Shown here piece by piece: positions 37,596 to 49,152 of a stretch of 64,000 nt of DNA. Source of the DNA: Neoechinorhynchus agilis (Eukaryota; Animalia; Acanthocephala); contig CM121342.1 in assembly GCA_051530055.1 (NCBI GenBank), positions 4,835,489 through 4,899,488 of the forward strand. Reading direction: 5' to 3'. Position 1 is the stretch's first letter. The number at the start of each line of letters is the position of its first letter. Position numbers and translations under genes: made by a program. The notes under the pieces were generated by a model. The model did not search any database and was not told the origin of the DNA. It saw nothing but the letters and a program-made list of their open reading frames with translations.

Positions 37596-39748
37596 TTAGA
37601 GTTGATCATCTCTTCGCTTTCGTCTCTCAATGATTCTGCTAATCTGTTGCCACTCTCTATCTAATTTTCGTTTCTCCGCGTTGGAATTTTGCGGCGGACG
37701 TCTTGTCCGAATTCTGTTTACAAAGTCCCGTTGATGATTTGTACGATCTGAATAGTTTCTTCGGCAATCGAAATCTTTACTCATCGCCTACAAATACGCC
37801 AATGAGCAACAACAACAAGCGCCATAAAATTGATTTACCTTTTCCACGTTATCAATGGAAACCTCGTCGTCACTGTCTACATTAACGTCCTGTTCCGCCG
37901 CTGTTCCAGGATAACATTCAGCGTACGAGTCTCCGGTCGCTATTGATTTCTTTAAAGATCGATTGGGTTCGTCAGGAAACCTGCTTCCAATCGTTACTAT
38001 GGCTTCGTTAACTTTCCGCATCATGTCTTCGGCATCGTTGTCTGTTACGATTTCGGGTTTTTTCGTAGTACACAAAAAGACTTTCTTTTGACGCTCATAT
38101 TCACGTAGACTTCGAGGATGTGCGGCGAGTGTTGAAAGTTCGTCTTCATTGAAGATTCTAAAAGTGAAAAGCTGATACAATTGGGTTTTTTTAAGAAGGT
38201 CTTACGGTCTATTGGCATCAGGATGCATTGTTTTACTACACTTTTCGACTGGACTATGATGCCCTTTCCGAAGACCGTGCAGAAGCACTGACCAAATGTC
38301 TATAAGTTTCGATATTACCAGATCGCTTGTTTCCGTCTGTCCTTGTGCATTCACCTAAACCGAAACCGTTTTTGGGCATGAAATCTTTATGGATTTTAAT
38401 CGTGATTTAAGAAACAAAAGAGGGAAGGTTAGAATTTAGTCGACTCGGAGCCCGGAAGGATATCACTGGAGAAATTTCTCTGACTTGCTTTCTGTTGATG
38501 CAGAAAGTTGAGATTCAAACTATAGAAATGATCGCTATGAATTACCAAAACGGCAGGAGAGCACTGGAGAAATTTCTTTGGCTTGCTTTCTGTTGATGCA
38601 GAAAGTTGAGATTCAAACTATAGAAATGATCGCTATGAATTACCAAAACGGCAGGAGAGCACTGGAGAAATTTCTTTGGCTTGCTTTCTGTTGATGCAGA
38701 AAGTTGAGATTCAAACTATAGAAATGATCGCTATGAATTACCAAAACGGCAGGAGAGCACTGGAGAAATTTCTCTGAAAAATTGTGCATAAAAACACAAA
38801 TTCAAACCTCATTATCGACAAAGTCAGCTTTGCCCTTTACAAGACTAGTCGGAATTTCAAATAATGAGTGTTTTGGGAAATGTGAAGATCTTTCGTTACT
38901 CAAAACCTCAAATAAAGAAGCACTTCTTTTGCCAAGATCAACGAGATAACTAAGTCTTCCGCTTGAAAACACGTTATTCGGCCGATGCCGCCATGAGTTT
39001 GAATAATAGCTTTCTCTTGTTCTGGTAGAAGAGATCAAATTCACAATATTTTTGGCTAATTCACTCTTTGGTTCGTCGTTATCCTTCGTTTCTTCGACTT
39101 CTTCATCGCTGTTCACCGCATCAAGTTCTTCGTTGTGTTCAGCAATCTCAGCTCGGATCTTTTTAAGTAACGCATAATCGAGACCTTTAACCAAATGAGT
39201 ATGACTAATATCGCCGCCCAGATATTTCGATTCTTCGATGATTTTGCGTCTTCGAATCGCAGGATCAAGAATTGGTTTGATCCCAGGCGCTGCAACAGTA
39301 CGGTAACTCTCTTCCAAACTAATGGCTGTAATCTGCGGATTGTCCAAATCACGTTTCGTGTTCTCACGTCTCTCCTTAGCCCGGTCCCGATACTTACGAC
39401 TCAAGTGTGCTGCCGCATCGATTTAATGGCCACAACTCGGTGGCACAAAAAGCCAATGCCTAAAACACCATTAACCAAAAAAGCATCGCCATTCTGCCTT
39501 CGCACCGGATTTCGGTCCTTTTCAATCAAATCTTTCACTTTAGCGTACCGAGGTTTTCGAGGTCTTCTTTCAATGCTCAATGAAGGCTTCGAGGCATCAC
39601 GCACGATTGAAGCTGGTCGTGGTGTGCTTATGTATCGGCGAAAGTCGTCATTCGTCAAAGCACCACCGGGAGCAGCGCTGACTTCCTGTACTGGTAGCGG
39701 CGGAGGTTGCGGATTCGCAAATCTACCAGGAGTCTCTTCTTCATCCAT
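37596..39748 (-). CDS. IK: Protein RED / IK spliceosomal factor, multi-exon
   Basis: LTNDDFRR..TPR; KYRDRAKERRE; SKYLGGDISHTHLVKGLDYALLKKIRAEI; SYAECYPG; KLDREWQQISRIIERRK. Confidence 0.93.
38464..38776. repeat. 98-bp tandem repeat, 3 copies plus a partial, inside a GT-AG intron of IK
   Basis: cactggagaaatttct occurs at 38464, 38562, 38660 and 38758. Confidence 0.95.
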
Positions 39749-40097
39749 CTAAACTCACAATTGGGAAAGGAATTTTTTTACCCTTTGTGTCCGGACAAAA
39801 GAAAAAAAAACAACTAAATTTGGTGATTATTTATTCGGATGTTTGTTTATGGCGGGTTTGAAGGAAAAAGCTGAAGGTTCTTATTATTCTTGTGGGTTTA
39901 ACCAAAATTCCTTTAATTCCGCCATAAAAAAGTGGTGAACATAATCCCGGTTAGAAATCTTTTTTGTGGCGAGTTATATTCACTACACAAATCAAAATTT
40001 ACCATTGCGATATGGATTTTGTCGAAATGATTTAATTGAACAAAAAACACAACGAAATCACCTTTTTCGTCTTAAAGTTCAATAATCAACTGGAGAA

Positions 40098-40170
40098 TCG
40101 AGCTCGAGGGAAAAGGGGGAGGCCCAAAAAGAGGTGGAAGGACAGTGTGAGCGGAGATTTCAAGACGCTG
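40098..40170 (+). mobile_element. RTE-like LINE ORF2 C-terminal remnant
   Basis: Reads GKRGRPKKRWKDSV, the typical G.R..GRP..RW.D end motif. Confidence 0.5.
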
Positions 40171-40592
40171 GGGAAGCAGAAGAACAAAGACGAAAACCGA
40201 CAATGCTGAAAAGAACGACCTCTCAAGCGAGAGAAAAGTTCAAAGAAATGATGTTTAATGGGCGATAAGATAAATTCAAGGAATTTGGGTTAACAATAAC
40301 GCGTTCCTAGTCTTGCCACCCAGAGGATTTAAGTTTATTACCGATATTTCAAGTCCCGAGAGATGAAATATCGAGGAAATATATTTTTTAATCCCGGTAG
40401 CGTGGCAAAACTAAAAAATAACACGTTTGTTAACAAAGAAAAGGACCCATGTACGGTATTGGTCTCTGCATGCACCAAAACATCAGAAAGAAGTGTTCAC
40501 ACACCGCTCAATTCACCAACCAAAAAGACAATCATTGGCTTCTAAGATACTTCCGGGTTAATAGCGCCAAAAGTTTTTTACGCGCATCTTGT

Positions 40593-40910
40593 TTATTTTC
40601 TCTTATAGAGAAAAACGCCAAATCCGAAAACAATGAGGCAAATGAGAGCGAGCGACGAGTAAAATCGACAAGGGCTTGATTCGTGTGCCAATCGTTTGAT
40701 TCTCGTTATAGCTCTTCCCAAATAACGTGAAGTTTGATCGAGTTTGGATTGTAGACTAGTTAGCATCTCATTCTGAGCTCTGACTTCATTTCCAATGTCG
40801 ATTGTGACTCCTTTTAGTCGAGAGATCCGTTCACTCAAATAATCCTGTGCATTTTCGTGCGTCCAATGATCAAAGTTCCTCGACCGCATTTCGTCATCGT
40901 TCCATGTCAT
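40593..40910 (-). CDS. BET1: BET1-like Qc-SNARE, intronless
   Basis: RISRLKGVTIDIGNEVRAQNEML SNARE motif plus a C-terminal transmembrane segment. Confidence 0.85.
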   Translation of the reverse strand: MTWNDDEMRSRNFDHWTHENAQDYLSERISRLKGVTIDIGNEVRAQNEMLTSLQSKLDQTSRYLGRAITRIKRLAHESSPCRFYSSLALICLIVFGFGVFLYKRK

Positions 40911-41072
40911 TCTCTTTTTTTATGCCTATTTAAAATGAACATTTGACGCACAATGCGATTCTTCCGTGTTTTTTACGTCATTAGAAAAATTGCCGCGCGA
41001 TTCTCAACTGAAAAACCCCGACATCTCCGCGCATCAAAATTAAATCTTCTTCTATTTTTGAACAGATGGACC

Positions 41073-41462
41073 TTAAATCACCAGTTGGTAATATTTTGGA
41101 AGACGTTTTTTAAGACACCTAAAAGAAGATTACAACGGACTGCGTTCATGGACTTACATGCAAATTCTGGTATCGAAAATGGTGTTTCGAGGACATTTCA
41201 GTTTCTTTTTGCAATGACATTTGCAGGATCCGTTCCCGAGTCTAGAACGATTGATCGGTCTGGTGGTATCGAACTCACTTCGATTACTCTTACACCAGCA
41301 TTCTTCAAAATTCCTACACTTTGTTCTACAATAGATCTTTTCTTCGGTTCGATCGACCATGAAGTAGTATTGATGATCGGTACGCGTTCGTTGTAGTTCG
41401 CCCATTTCGCATTGAATCAATGTCGTGAGCATCAAGATCGTCAAGAAAAAAATCACAGGCAT
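41073..41462 (-). CDS. Small secreted cysteine-rich protein with a CXCXC-type repeat, one GT-AG intron near the 3' end
   Basis: Signal peptide MPVIFFLTILMLTTLIQC; CKCHCKKKLKCPRNTIFDTRICM/C. The intron is GTAAGT..CTTTTAG. Confidence 0.6.
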
Positions 41463-41689
41463 CTTCTCTCTCTCTCGTTTTTTGGTTGTCGACCTTTATG
41501 TGTGTGTGTGTGCTGTCTTCCAACAAATGCATAATGTGATTTTGTCCAAGAATCCGTGTTCTGCTGCTACCATTAATGCATCCATGTCAGATAATACTTC
41601 AACCAAGTTTTTTCTTGTAGAATACGGTGAGAACTACCGAAAATCCGACGAATTCGTGGATTTAAAAGGTTCCTCGGAGGTATTATAGG

Positions 41690-41880
41690 GTTGCTGAGGT
41701 GATTCCTTCTCTCCGGACAATAAAGATATTGATTTATTCCGATATTTCGCTGAGCAAATCCACCATTCTCAAGAATTAATCCAACTTCAAAAAGTTTTAA
41801 AAGTTGCTGGATTTGCCCAACGAAATATCGCAATAAATCAATATCTTTGTTGCCCGGACAGTAGGAATCACCTCAGCAAC
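41690..41880. mobile_element. Foldback MITE-like element with ~70-bp arms
   Basis: gttgctgaggtgattcct...gcaaatcc is mirrored by ggatttgc...aggaatcacctcagcaac. Confidence 0.85.
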
Positions 41881-42017
41881 AAAAAAGAAGTTTTAAAGTG
41901 TTGGAACTTGTTTTTTTTGGACTATTTTCCTTGTTGATTTTCTATAAAAAAAGAAGGTAATGTCGTCATATTGTTTAGATTTTCGCCAATTCTCACCGCA
42001 AAAAAACCCGAAAACTT

Positions 42018-42899
42018 GGCCGGAGAGCTGAAGACTTTCTGCACCAATCGCTTATAGCGCTCGTTGTCTAGATTGCTGTCTAAAAACATCTTTATATGTT
42101 TAAATGATGAATCTTGTTGTTGTTAGGTCGCTAAAAGGGGTCGCCCCCTCCGAACTCAAGACTTTGTTCAGTCGTTTTTCAAACACTCGGAGTCTCTGCC
42201 GTTTCCCTGGGCCGGAGAGCTGAAGACTTTCTGCACCAATCGCTTATAGCGCTCGTTGTCTAGATTGCTGTCTAAAAACATCTTTATATGTTTAAATGAT
42301 GAATCTTGTTGTTAGGTCGCTAAAAGGGGTCGCCCCCTCCGAACTCAAGACTTTGTTCAGTCGTTTTTCAAACACTCGGAGTCTCTGCCGTTTCCCTGGG
42401 CCGGAGAGCTGAAGACTTTCTGCACCAATCGCTTATAGCGCTCGTTGTCTAGATTGCTGTCTAAAAACATCTTTATATGTTTAAATGATTAATCTTGTTG
42501 TTGTTAGGTCGCTAAAAGGGGTCGCCCCCTCCGAACTCAAGACTTTGTTCAGTCGTTTTTCAAACACTCGAGTCTCTGCCGTTTCCCTGGGCCGGAGAGC
42601 TGAAGACTTTCTGCACCAATCGCTTATAGCGCTCGTTGTCTAGATTGCTGTCTAAAAACATCTTTATATGTTTAAATGATTAATCTTGTTGTTGTTAGGT
42701 CGCTAAAAGGGGTCGCCCCCTCCGAACTCAAGACTTTGTTCAGTCGTTTTTCAAACACTCGGAGTCTCTGCCGTTTCCCTGGGCCGGAGAGCTGAAGACT
42801 TTCTGCACCAATCGCTTATAGCGCTCGTTGTCTCGATTGCTGTCTAAAAACATCTTTATATGTTTAAATGATGAATCTTGTTGTTGTTAGGTCGCTAAA
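42018..42899. repeat. ~192-bp tandem repeat, about 4.6 copies
   Basis: ggccggagagctgaagactttctgcacc recurs with a period of ~190-192. Confidence 0.95.
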
Positions 42900-43836
42900 G
42901 CACTAAAACTATTTGGACTGCCTGGGCAGTCTCAGGCCTTGTTTTTTTTATTTAAGAGAACATAACCCTGAGCAAAGACCCAAATTCGTCAGTCCGTTCC
43001 TAGAGACTTTGAGCAAGACTTCCCTTTGATTGGAAACATTCAACGCACTGTGCCGACAATACACTCAATTGTACGAACCTGAACAAATATAATAAAGAAC
43101 CTCCATTGACAGTACCTATGCATCTTCTGTACTCAGAGGTTCTCTTTGCGATTAAATCTTGTTATTAGGTCGTTTGTCAACAACATTCGAGAGGAGAGAT
43201 CGCATTTAAGACGACAATGTAAACACTTGCACAAACAATTGATGAAATGACTGTGATTCAATCAGTCGACGTTTATTCATTCGTCTCTTTACGAAATGAA
43301 TCCTCTCAGGTGTTATTGTTGACAAGCGAGCTTTTTTTTTGAAATTCTCTCTCTCTCATTGTGATTTTACATTTATCTGCAGAATTTGAGCACAAAGATT
43401 TATTGGTTAGGGAAGCGCTGGGAGTTTGTGAGTTTCCTCTTCAGTTCAACGAGGTATTTCGTTCCCTTTTATAAAACCGATGATCGATTTTGCAAAATAA
43501 TAAAATGCTCATTTTAGTTTTTCGCTTAATAGTTCCTTTTGTCACGCGAAAACTTCTTAATAATTGAACTCAAGACCGCATGATTTATTTGATAATTTTC
43601 GGCCTTCACGAGTCTATTGCTTATAAGTTTTAAAATATGAAAAGCACACGAAGGCCGAAAATTATCAAATCAATTGATGATAGCGAAAAAGTTAAAACTA
43701 TGAACATTTCCCAATATTCCGTTACTTTACGCTTAATCTGGTCTGACGAGATCGATTTGCTACAATAATTCGGAAACAATAAGAGAGCAGCACATATTTT
43801 ACAAGCGAGCGAGGGAACATCGATTGGTGACGGTAA

Positions 43837-44655
43837 TTAGTTTGTTATTTTAAGATCTGAACAGTCGGCTACAAGTTTGGTTACACGATCAGTGAATTCC
43901 TTAGAGTTGATTGGTTGATCGGACATTTGGAAGGGATCTAGTGGAACTGTCCTTGTATACGACCGATACAATTTTTGCAACAGCGATTCTATCTTAATAA
44001 GAAGTGGTCGTTCCGAAACACTTGACGGTCTCCAATTACAGACGAGTACGAATTTGAGACCTGTTTTGGAGAGAGAAAAGCTTTAAAAACACGACTAACC
44101 TGCAATTGAAGGATAACAAAAGACTCGTACACTGTTGAATTTGACATGTTTTATGCCCAACTGAGTGTGTTCATCCAAAATCTGTAGACTGATTTCAGAC
44201 AAACTGTACGATTTTGGAGAAAAACACCAAAGGAAGAAGAAGCAATTGTACCTGTGAAACAAAGACGCAAAGATTATCATGTGATTGTCGGACAATGGAG
44301 GTTTTTTGGCATATACCGTTAAAGGATAAGAACTATCCCTTTCCATGTACTGCTGAACGGTCATTCCTTCATTTACTACAGTTTGAACATGTACAGGACG
44401 ACCGTTGGGTGCAACGAGCATCATTTCCTCTGAAGGAAGGCCGTTTTAGACAAAAAAACCCGAAGAAATCAGCTACTCACCTCCGCTCTCCGTTGATGTG
44501 ACTTTTGCATATCCACCTTCATTTTCGGAACTAAGAATAACGGCACTCTTACTGGAATAGGTCCGTTGTTCCACTTTAGCCGAATTACTGATACATTGCG
44601 AGTAAATCAAAGTGCCGAATCGATTGATTATTAAAACGTAATCAATTTGCATCAT
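43837..44655 (-). CDS. TRAPPC4: TRAPP complex subunit 4, three canonical GT-AG introns
   Basis: VLIINRFGTLIY; YPLTVYAKKPPLSDNHMIIFASLFH/SL; YPSIA/GLKFVLV; DPFQMSDQPI. Donors are GTGAGT, GTACAA and GTTAGT. Confidence 0.85.
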
Positions 44656-44768
44656 CTAGAGTAAATGCAATTTTGTAGTGCAGTTTCGAACAAAAAAAGA
44701 GGACAATAGCGGAGAAACACACAATTCGAGCAGTCGTTTTTAGTGCCACAATACAACAATGAAAACGT

Positions 44769-46569
44769 TTACTCGTTCTGACTCAAATCGCTCAAATCCC
44801 TATGGATTTTCTCCACCATATTCACCACGTCCTCTTTAGAGTACTCCATAGGATTAAGCTCAACTTTCTTGATTTCACCTATCCATGCAGCTATGTTTTC
44901 CTTTAGTTTTGCGAGAGATGGATGATGAAGAGATAGTTGTTCACTGGTTAGGAGGCTATTGGCGACACCCTCTGATTCCTTGTAGTCCACACAATCAAAC
45001 CCGTTTGATGACTTTACGTGATGCTTTTGTTTAGAAACTTGAGAAGGTTTTTTCAATTCCTCAGCCATGCTATGAGCAACACATCGAAATTCTTTGGACA
45101 ATTTGAGGTCTTTTACTCGATCTGCATAAATAAGAGTATTGTTGCTGTTTTCAGCGTCGAATTGTGCCGGTGATAGGGTGGCAATCATACAGACGGCTGA
45201 ATTGGCTCCAATGAGACCCTCACGTAAAATGTGGGTCAAGACCGTCGATCGGAACGGAATATGGATCTTATGCGAAGCGGACGGAGGTAAGTTTTGGTTC
45301 AATATTAAAGCTCGAATGCACTCGCGGAGTTGCATAAGCGATTGATTAATTTGGGCGCATTCACACCACGATGTATCATCTCTGTTCGTGTTATCTCGTC
45401 CACGTTCGTTTCCAGCCAAATCGACTAAGAAGAAGTTTTTCCTTGCCATTTCGATTTCTGTATTATTTTTCCGATAGTTCAATCGTTCTCTTGTGAGCGT
45501 GCGTGAATCAGGAGAACAAAAGACTTTAAATGTCAAGACTAACTTCAAGAATCGCATGACTTCTACTTGAGAAAGGGTTGGCTGAAGTCACTCCACAGGT
45601 TCTTTCCTTTAGGCCATAGTTAATGAGCTCTAAAGCATCTCTAGAACTATGAATTCGAATTATTCTTTTTCCTTTAACATGAGTCTTCATTTCTGCATCT
45701 TCATAGAGTTTAAGAACTTTCCTGTTTGTATCAGAGTTCGTTTCTCTGTTGAAATTAAGAAGAAGATCGAATATTTTGGTACAATAGATCTCAATGAAAC
45801 TTAAGTAAACGTGATAATGAGTGATATGATTGTGTGTAACTAATCCATCGGCTCTTTTGAAGATATCTACAATGCCAATAGAACTGATTCCGTCGTTAAA
45901 GACCATTTTATCATCGTAACCACCGTACATGGTGTACGTTTTGCCACTTCCTGTTTGTCCATACGCAAAACATAGTCCGTTCCGGTCATGTTTCTCACTT
46001 GACGGCAATCTTCCACCACCAGGACACGCTCTCCATCCACAAGTTTCTTCAAACAATTTGTCTACAATTGGCTTTATGGTCGACTGAAACACTTGAAGGT
46101 TCGTCGCATTTTCGTCGAAAACTCCATCAAACATGTACTCGTGATTTTGAACGTATTGACTAAGGTTAAACTTGATCTTGGGAACGTGAAGGACTATCAT
46201 CTTACTCAACGGAAAAGCAGACACAACATCCTGTGACCATGGATTAAACTCCGCTTTTCGACACGTCAATTCAATCTCTGATTTACTTAAAGGTCGCTTC
46301 CGAACACATACCATTATCCGCCTACATTTTTCATCCTCCAAGACTTTAATATCTTTGAGGGTGCGCAATCGAGAGTGGTTATATTTCTGAAATAGCTTCT
46401 GCTTTTCAACCGTAATCAGTCTTTTGAACTCTGAGATTTGTGCCGGTAATCGCCCCATTTGTGCCATACGAGCTACAATCCTCGGATGACTCTTGTTGTC
46501 GAGTTTAGACAACGCATTCGTTGGTGTCAGAGGTCGCTGAAATGAAGAAGGCGGTTGAAACGGCTGCAT
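44769..46569 (-). CDS. Kinesin-13 family motor, one 52-nt interruption near 45475-45539
   Basis: VCVRKRPL, CFAYGQTGSGKTYTM, SSRSHAIL, DLAGNERG and HIPFRSTVLT. Confidence 0.93.
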
Positions 46570-46765
46570 TCACACACACAACCAAAAACGATCTTCATAA
46601 ACATTAGCTTCCTGGAACTTATGTTGCCATGGCAACAATAAAGGAGACTTGCTTTTCGTACAAAGAATAAAAAAGCTCGTCGCTTTTCAGTGGCACAATT
46701 GCGTCACGTTTTTTAAAGACGATTACGTCACTTTTTTCTGGAGATTTCTTTGGGTTTCTGTTCGG

Positions 46766-46880
46766 AGAACATTAAAAAGCGTCCATGGGTCTAATGGACG
46801 CTGCTCTCTCTCTTTACAAAATCCTAGTAAATTAAAGTAGCATTTGATCACGTCTTTGAACAGGGACTGTGACGTCACTT
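46766..46880. repeat. ~115-bp direct repeat (second copy 47443-47558) containing a perfect 9-bp hairpin and a TGACGTCA palindrome
   Basis: gagaacattaaaaagcgtccatgggtctaatggacgct...gtgacgtcactt occurs twice. Confidence 0.9.
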
Positions 46881-46971
46881 TGTTTGGAGAATTCTTTGGG
46901 TTTTTAGAATTTGAAGTACCCAAACAAAAACTGATAAAATAGCCCGTGGAATGGTCTTCAATATACAAATG

Positions 46972-47430
46972 TTACAATTTGTTGTCTTCAAATGTTATGT
47001 TTGTTCGGCAGCTTCCTTGATGGCCGCGTTGAATCGAAGCGCTGATTCGCTGCATCAGGAAGCTGCTGGATCGCATATCGCCGGTGGCATGTTTTAGCAT
47101 CCCTCCCAGCCGTGAGAGGAAATAATCGGCTTCTTTTCCGAGACATCCCAGTGTTTCCACCGCAATCGGGATGAAAATATATTGATGCACAGCGAGCGAG
47201 GAATATTTATGCCGCTTCTTTTCCTCGCTGAAGCTGGCGACTGCTCCCGCCTTTGAGGTGGCATCCCGTAAGTGGGATGCTGCGAGCGTGTTGGGGCAGG
47301 TAAAATCCCAAACCAGTATTTTCCCGGAGCACCATGGAAGGGCTCCATCAGGGCGTTTACCGTCGTTCCGGGAGAGTCCGACTGGTTCGAGTCGAGCTGG
47401 AAAACCGGCCGTTGAGAAACAAAATTCCAT
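46972..47430 (-). mobile_element. RLE-type (CRE-like) non-LTR retrotransposon 3' fragment with restriction-like endonuclease domain
   Basis: RLEPVGLSRNDGKRPDG..WCSGKILVWDFTC..FIPIAVETLG..FLMQRISASIQRG. Confidence 0.85.
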
Positions 47431-47630
47431 ATTTTTTTTCTTGAGAACATTAAAAAGCGTCCATGGGTCTAATGGACGCTGCTCTCTCTCTACAAAATCC
47501 TAGTAAATTAAAGTAGCATTTGATCACGTCTTTGAAAAAGGAGTGTGACGTCACTTTTTTTGTAGAATTCTTTCGTGTCTTCTTCTCCGTAACTTTGTGT
47601 GTGCGCGCCCATCGAATCCGAGTGAGAAAA

Positions 47631-48278
47631 ATGGGAATAAGTCGTGATAGATGGCATAAACACCGTAAGACTGGTGGGAAACGTCCTCAGCCGCATAAGA
47701 AGCGAAAGTACGAGATGGGTCGTCCTGCGGCCATGACTAAGCTCGGTACTCGTCGTGTTCGACTGATTCGGACTCGTGGTGGCAATAGTAAGTGTCGAGC
47801 CCTTCGGTTGGACGCCGGGAATTTCAGTTGGGGTTCTGAAGCTCAGACAAGACGATGTCGTATTATTGACGTGGTCTATAATCCTTCTAATAATGAACTT
47901 GTTCGAACAAAGACGTTGACAAGAAGTTCAATTGTTCACGTGGACGCAGCTCCGTTCAAGCAATGGTACGAAACGTATTACGGATCACCGATAACTCCCG
48001 TGTCGTCGTCGTCGAAGAGTTCAAAAAGTGTTTTAGCCGACTCAGAAAATGCGGCCGCACTATCAAAGAGTAGGAAAGTCTTGAGAAAATTAGAACAGAG
48101 ACAAAAAACGGCTAAGGTCGAGCAATCGTTAGTTGAACAGTTTCAAAGTGGTCGTGTGTTGGCGTGCATTGCTAGTAGGCCTGGTAAGGTCGGAAGAGCT
48201 GATGGATACATCCTTGAAGGAACCGAACTTGACTTTTATGTTAAAAAGATCAAGTCAAAAAGAGGAAAGGCTACTTAG
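47631..48278 (+). CDS. RPS8: 40S ribosomal protein S8, intronless
   Basis: [18 protein letters not shown]...[15 protein letters not shown]...[10 protein letters not shown]. Confidence 0.98.
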   Translation: MGISRDRWHKHRKTGGKRPQPHKKRKYEMGRPAAMTKLGTRRVRLIRTRGGNSKCRALRLDAGNFSWGSEAQTRRCRIIDVVYNPSNNELVRTKTLTRSSIVHVDAAPFKQWYETYYGSPITPVSSSSKSSKSVLADSENAAALSKSRKVLRKLEQRQKTAKVEQSLVEQFQSGRVLACIASRPGKVGRADGYILEGTELDFYVKKIKSKRGKAT

Positions 48279-49152
48279 TTGAGGAAATGGCTAATAAAAA
48301 ATCGCATTGGTCACTGGTTTTGTTTGTGACGTCACTCTTTTTTTTTGAATTCTTTCGTGTCCAGGGAAATAATCGGGGTTTTGTGGGGTGTTTTGCTTCA
48401 TCGACCGTTTGTAGGTGAAATTTACGACCAATGATTAAACTAATTTGAGTGATTTGTTCATCTTCAAAGCGATCGAGAATATTTTGGTTCCGTTCTCTCT
48501 CTCTCAAACTGATTTTGTGTGTTTATTTGAATGACCCAAAAAAAGGGGGGAATGATTCGTCGAGTTTAAATCGAACACTCATTTTGATTGGGAAACATTT
48601 CAATACTTCTTTGTGTTCGACTTTTCTGCGCAAAGAATTAAATCTCATTTTTTTGTCTTAGTTCACATTGACCTTTTTTGAGATAATACAAAAAAAATCA
48701 TTTTAGATTCTACTAACGCCACATTTTGCACTAGAGACAAATTTTATTCGCCATAAAGAATTGGGGTGGTTTTCCGGTGAATAAAAAAGCCGACGAATAA
48801 ATCATCATTTAATTTTTCTTTGTTTTGAACCGTTCAATCTTTCAAACATGAAAAAAATTGGATAATTAAGAACAGTGGTCAAACTCATCCAAATTCGAAG
48901 AGAAATACAATGTTTCTTGTATCAATTGGACGATGGGTAGCAATGAAGACGGTGAAGAAGATCCGAGATAGTGGATCGGAATATCCACTTCAAAATGAGG
49001 ACGGTGTATGTTCGTTGGTCATTCACGTTCGCCTTTTTTTTAAATTACGAACGTCGAAACCTGTTTTTGGGCACAGAATTGTAGTTTTGTTGTCGTGTGG
49101 AGAATGGTCGGACTCCTCCATTTTTGGTACCGTTTAATCAAAATCGTTTTAG

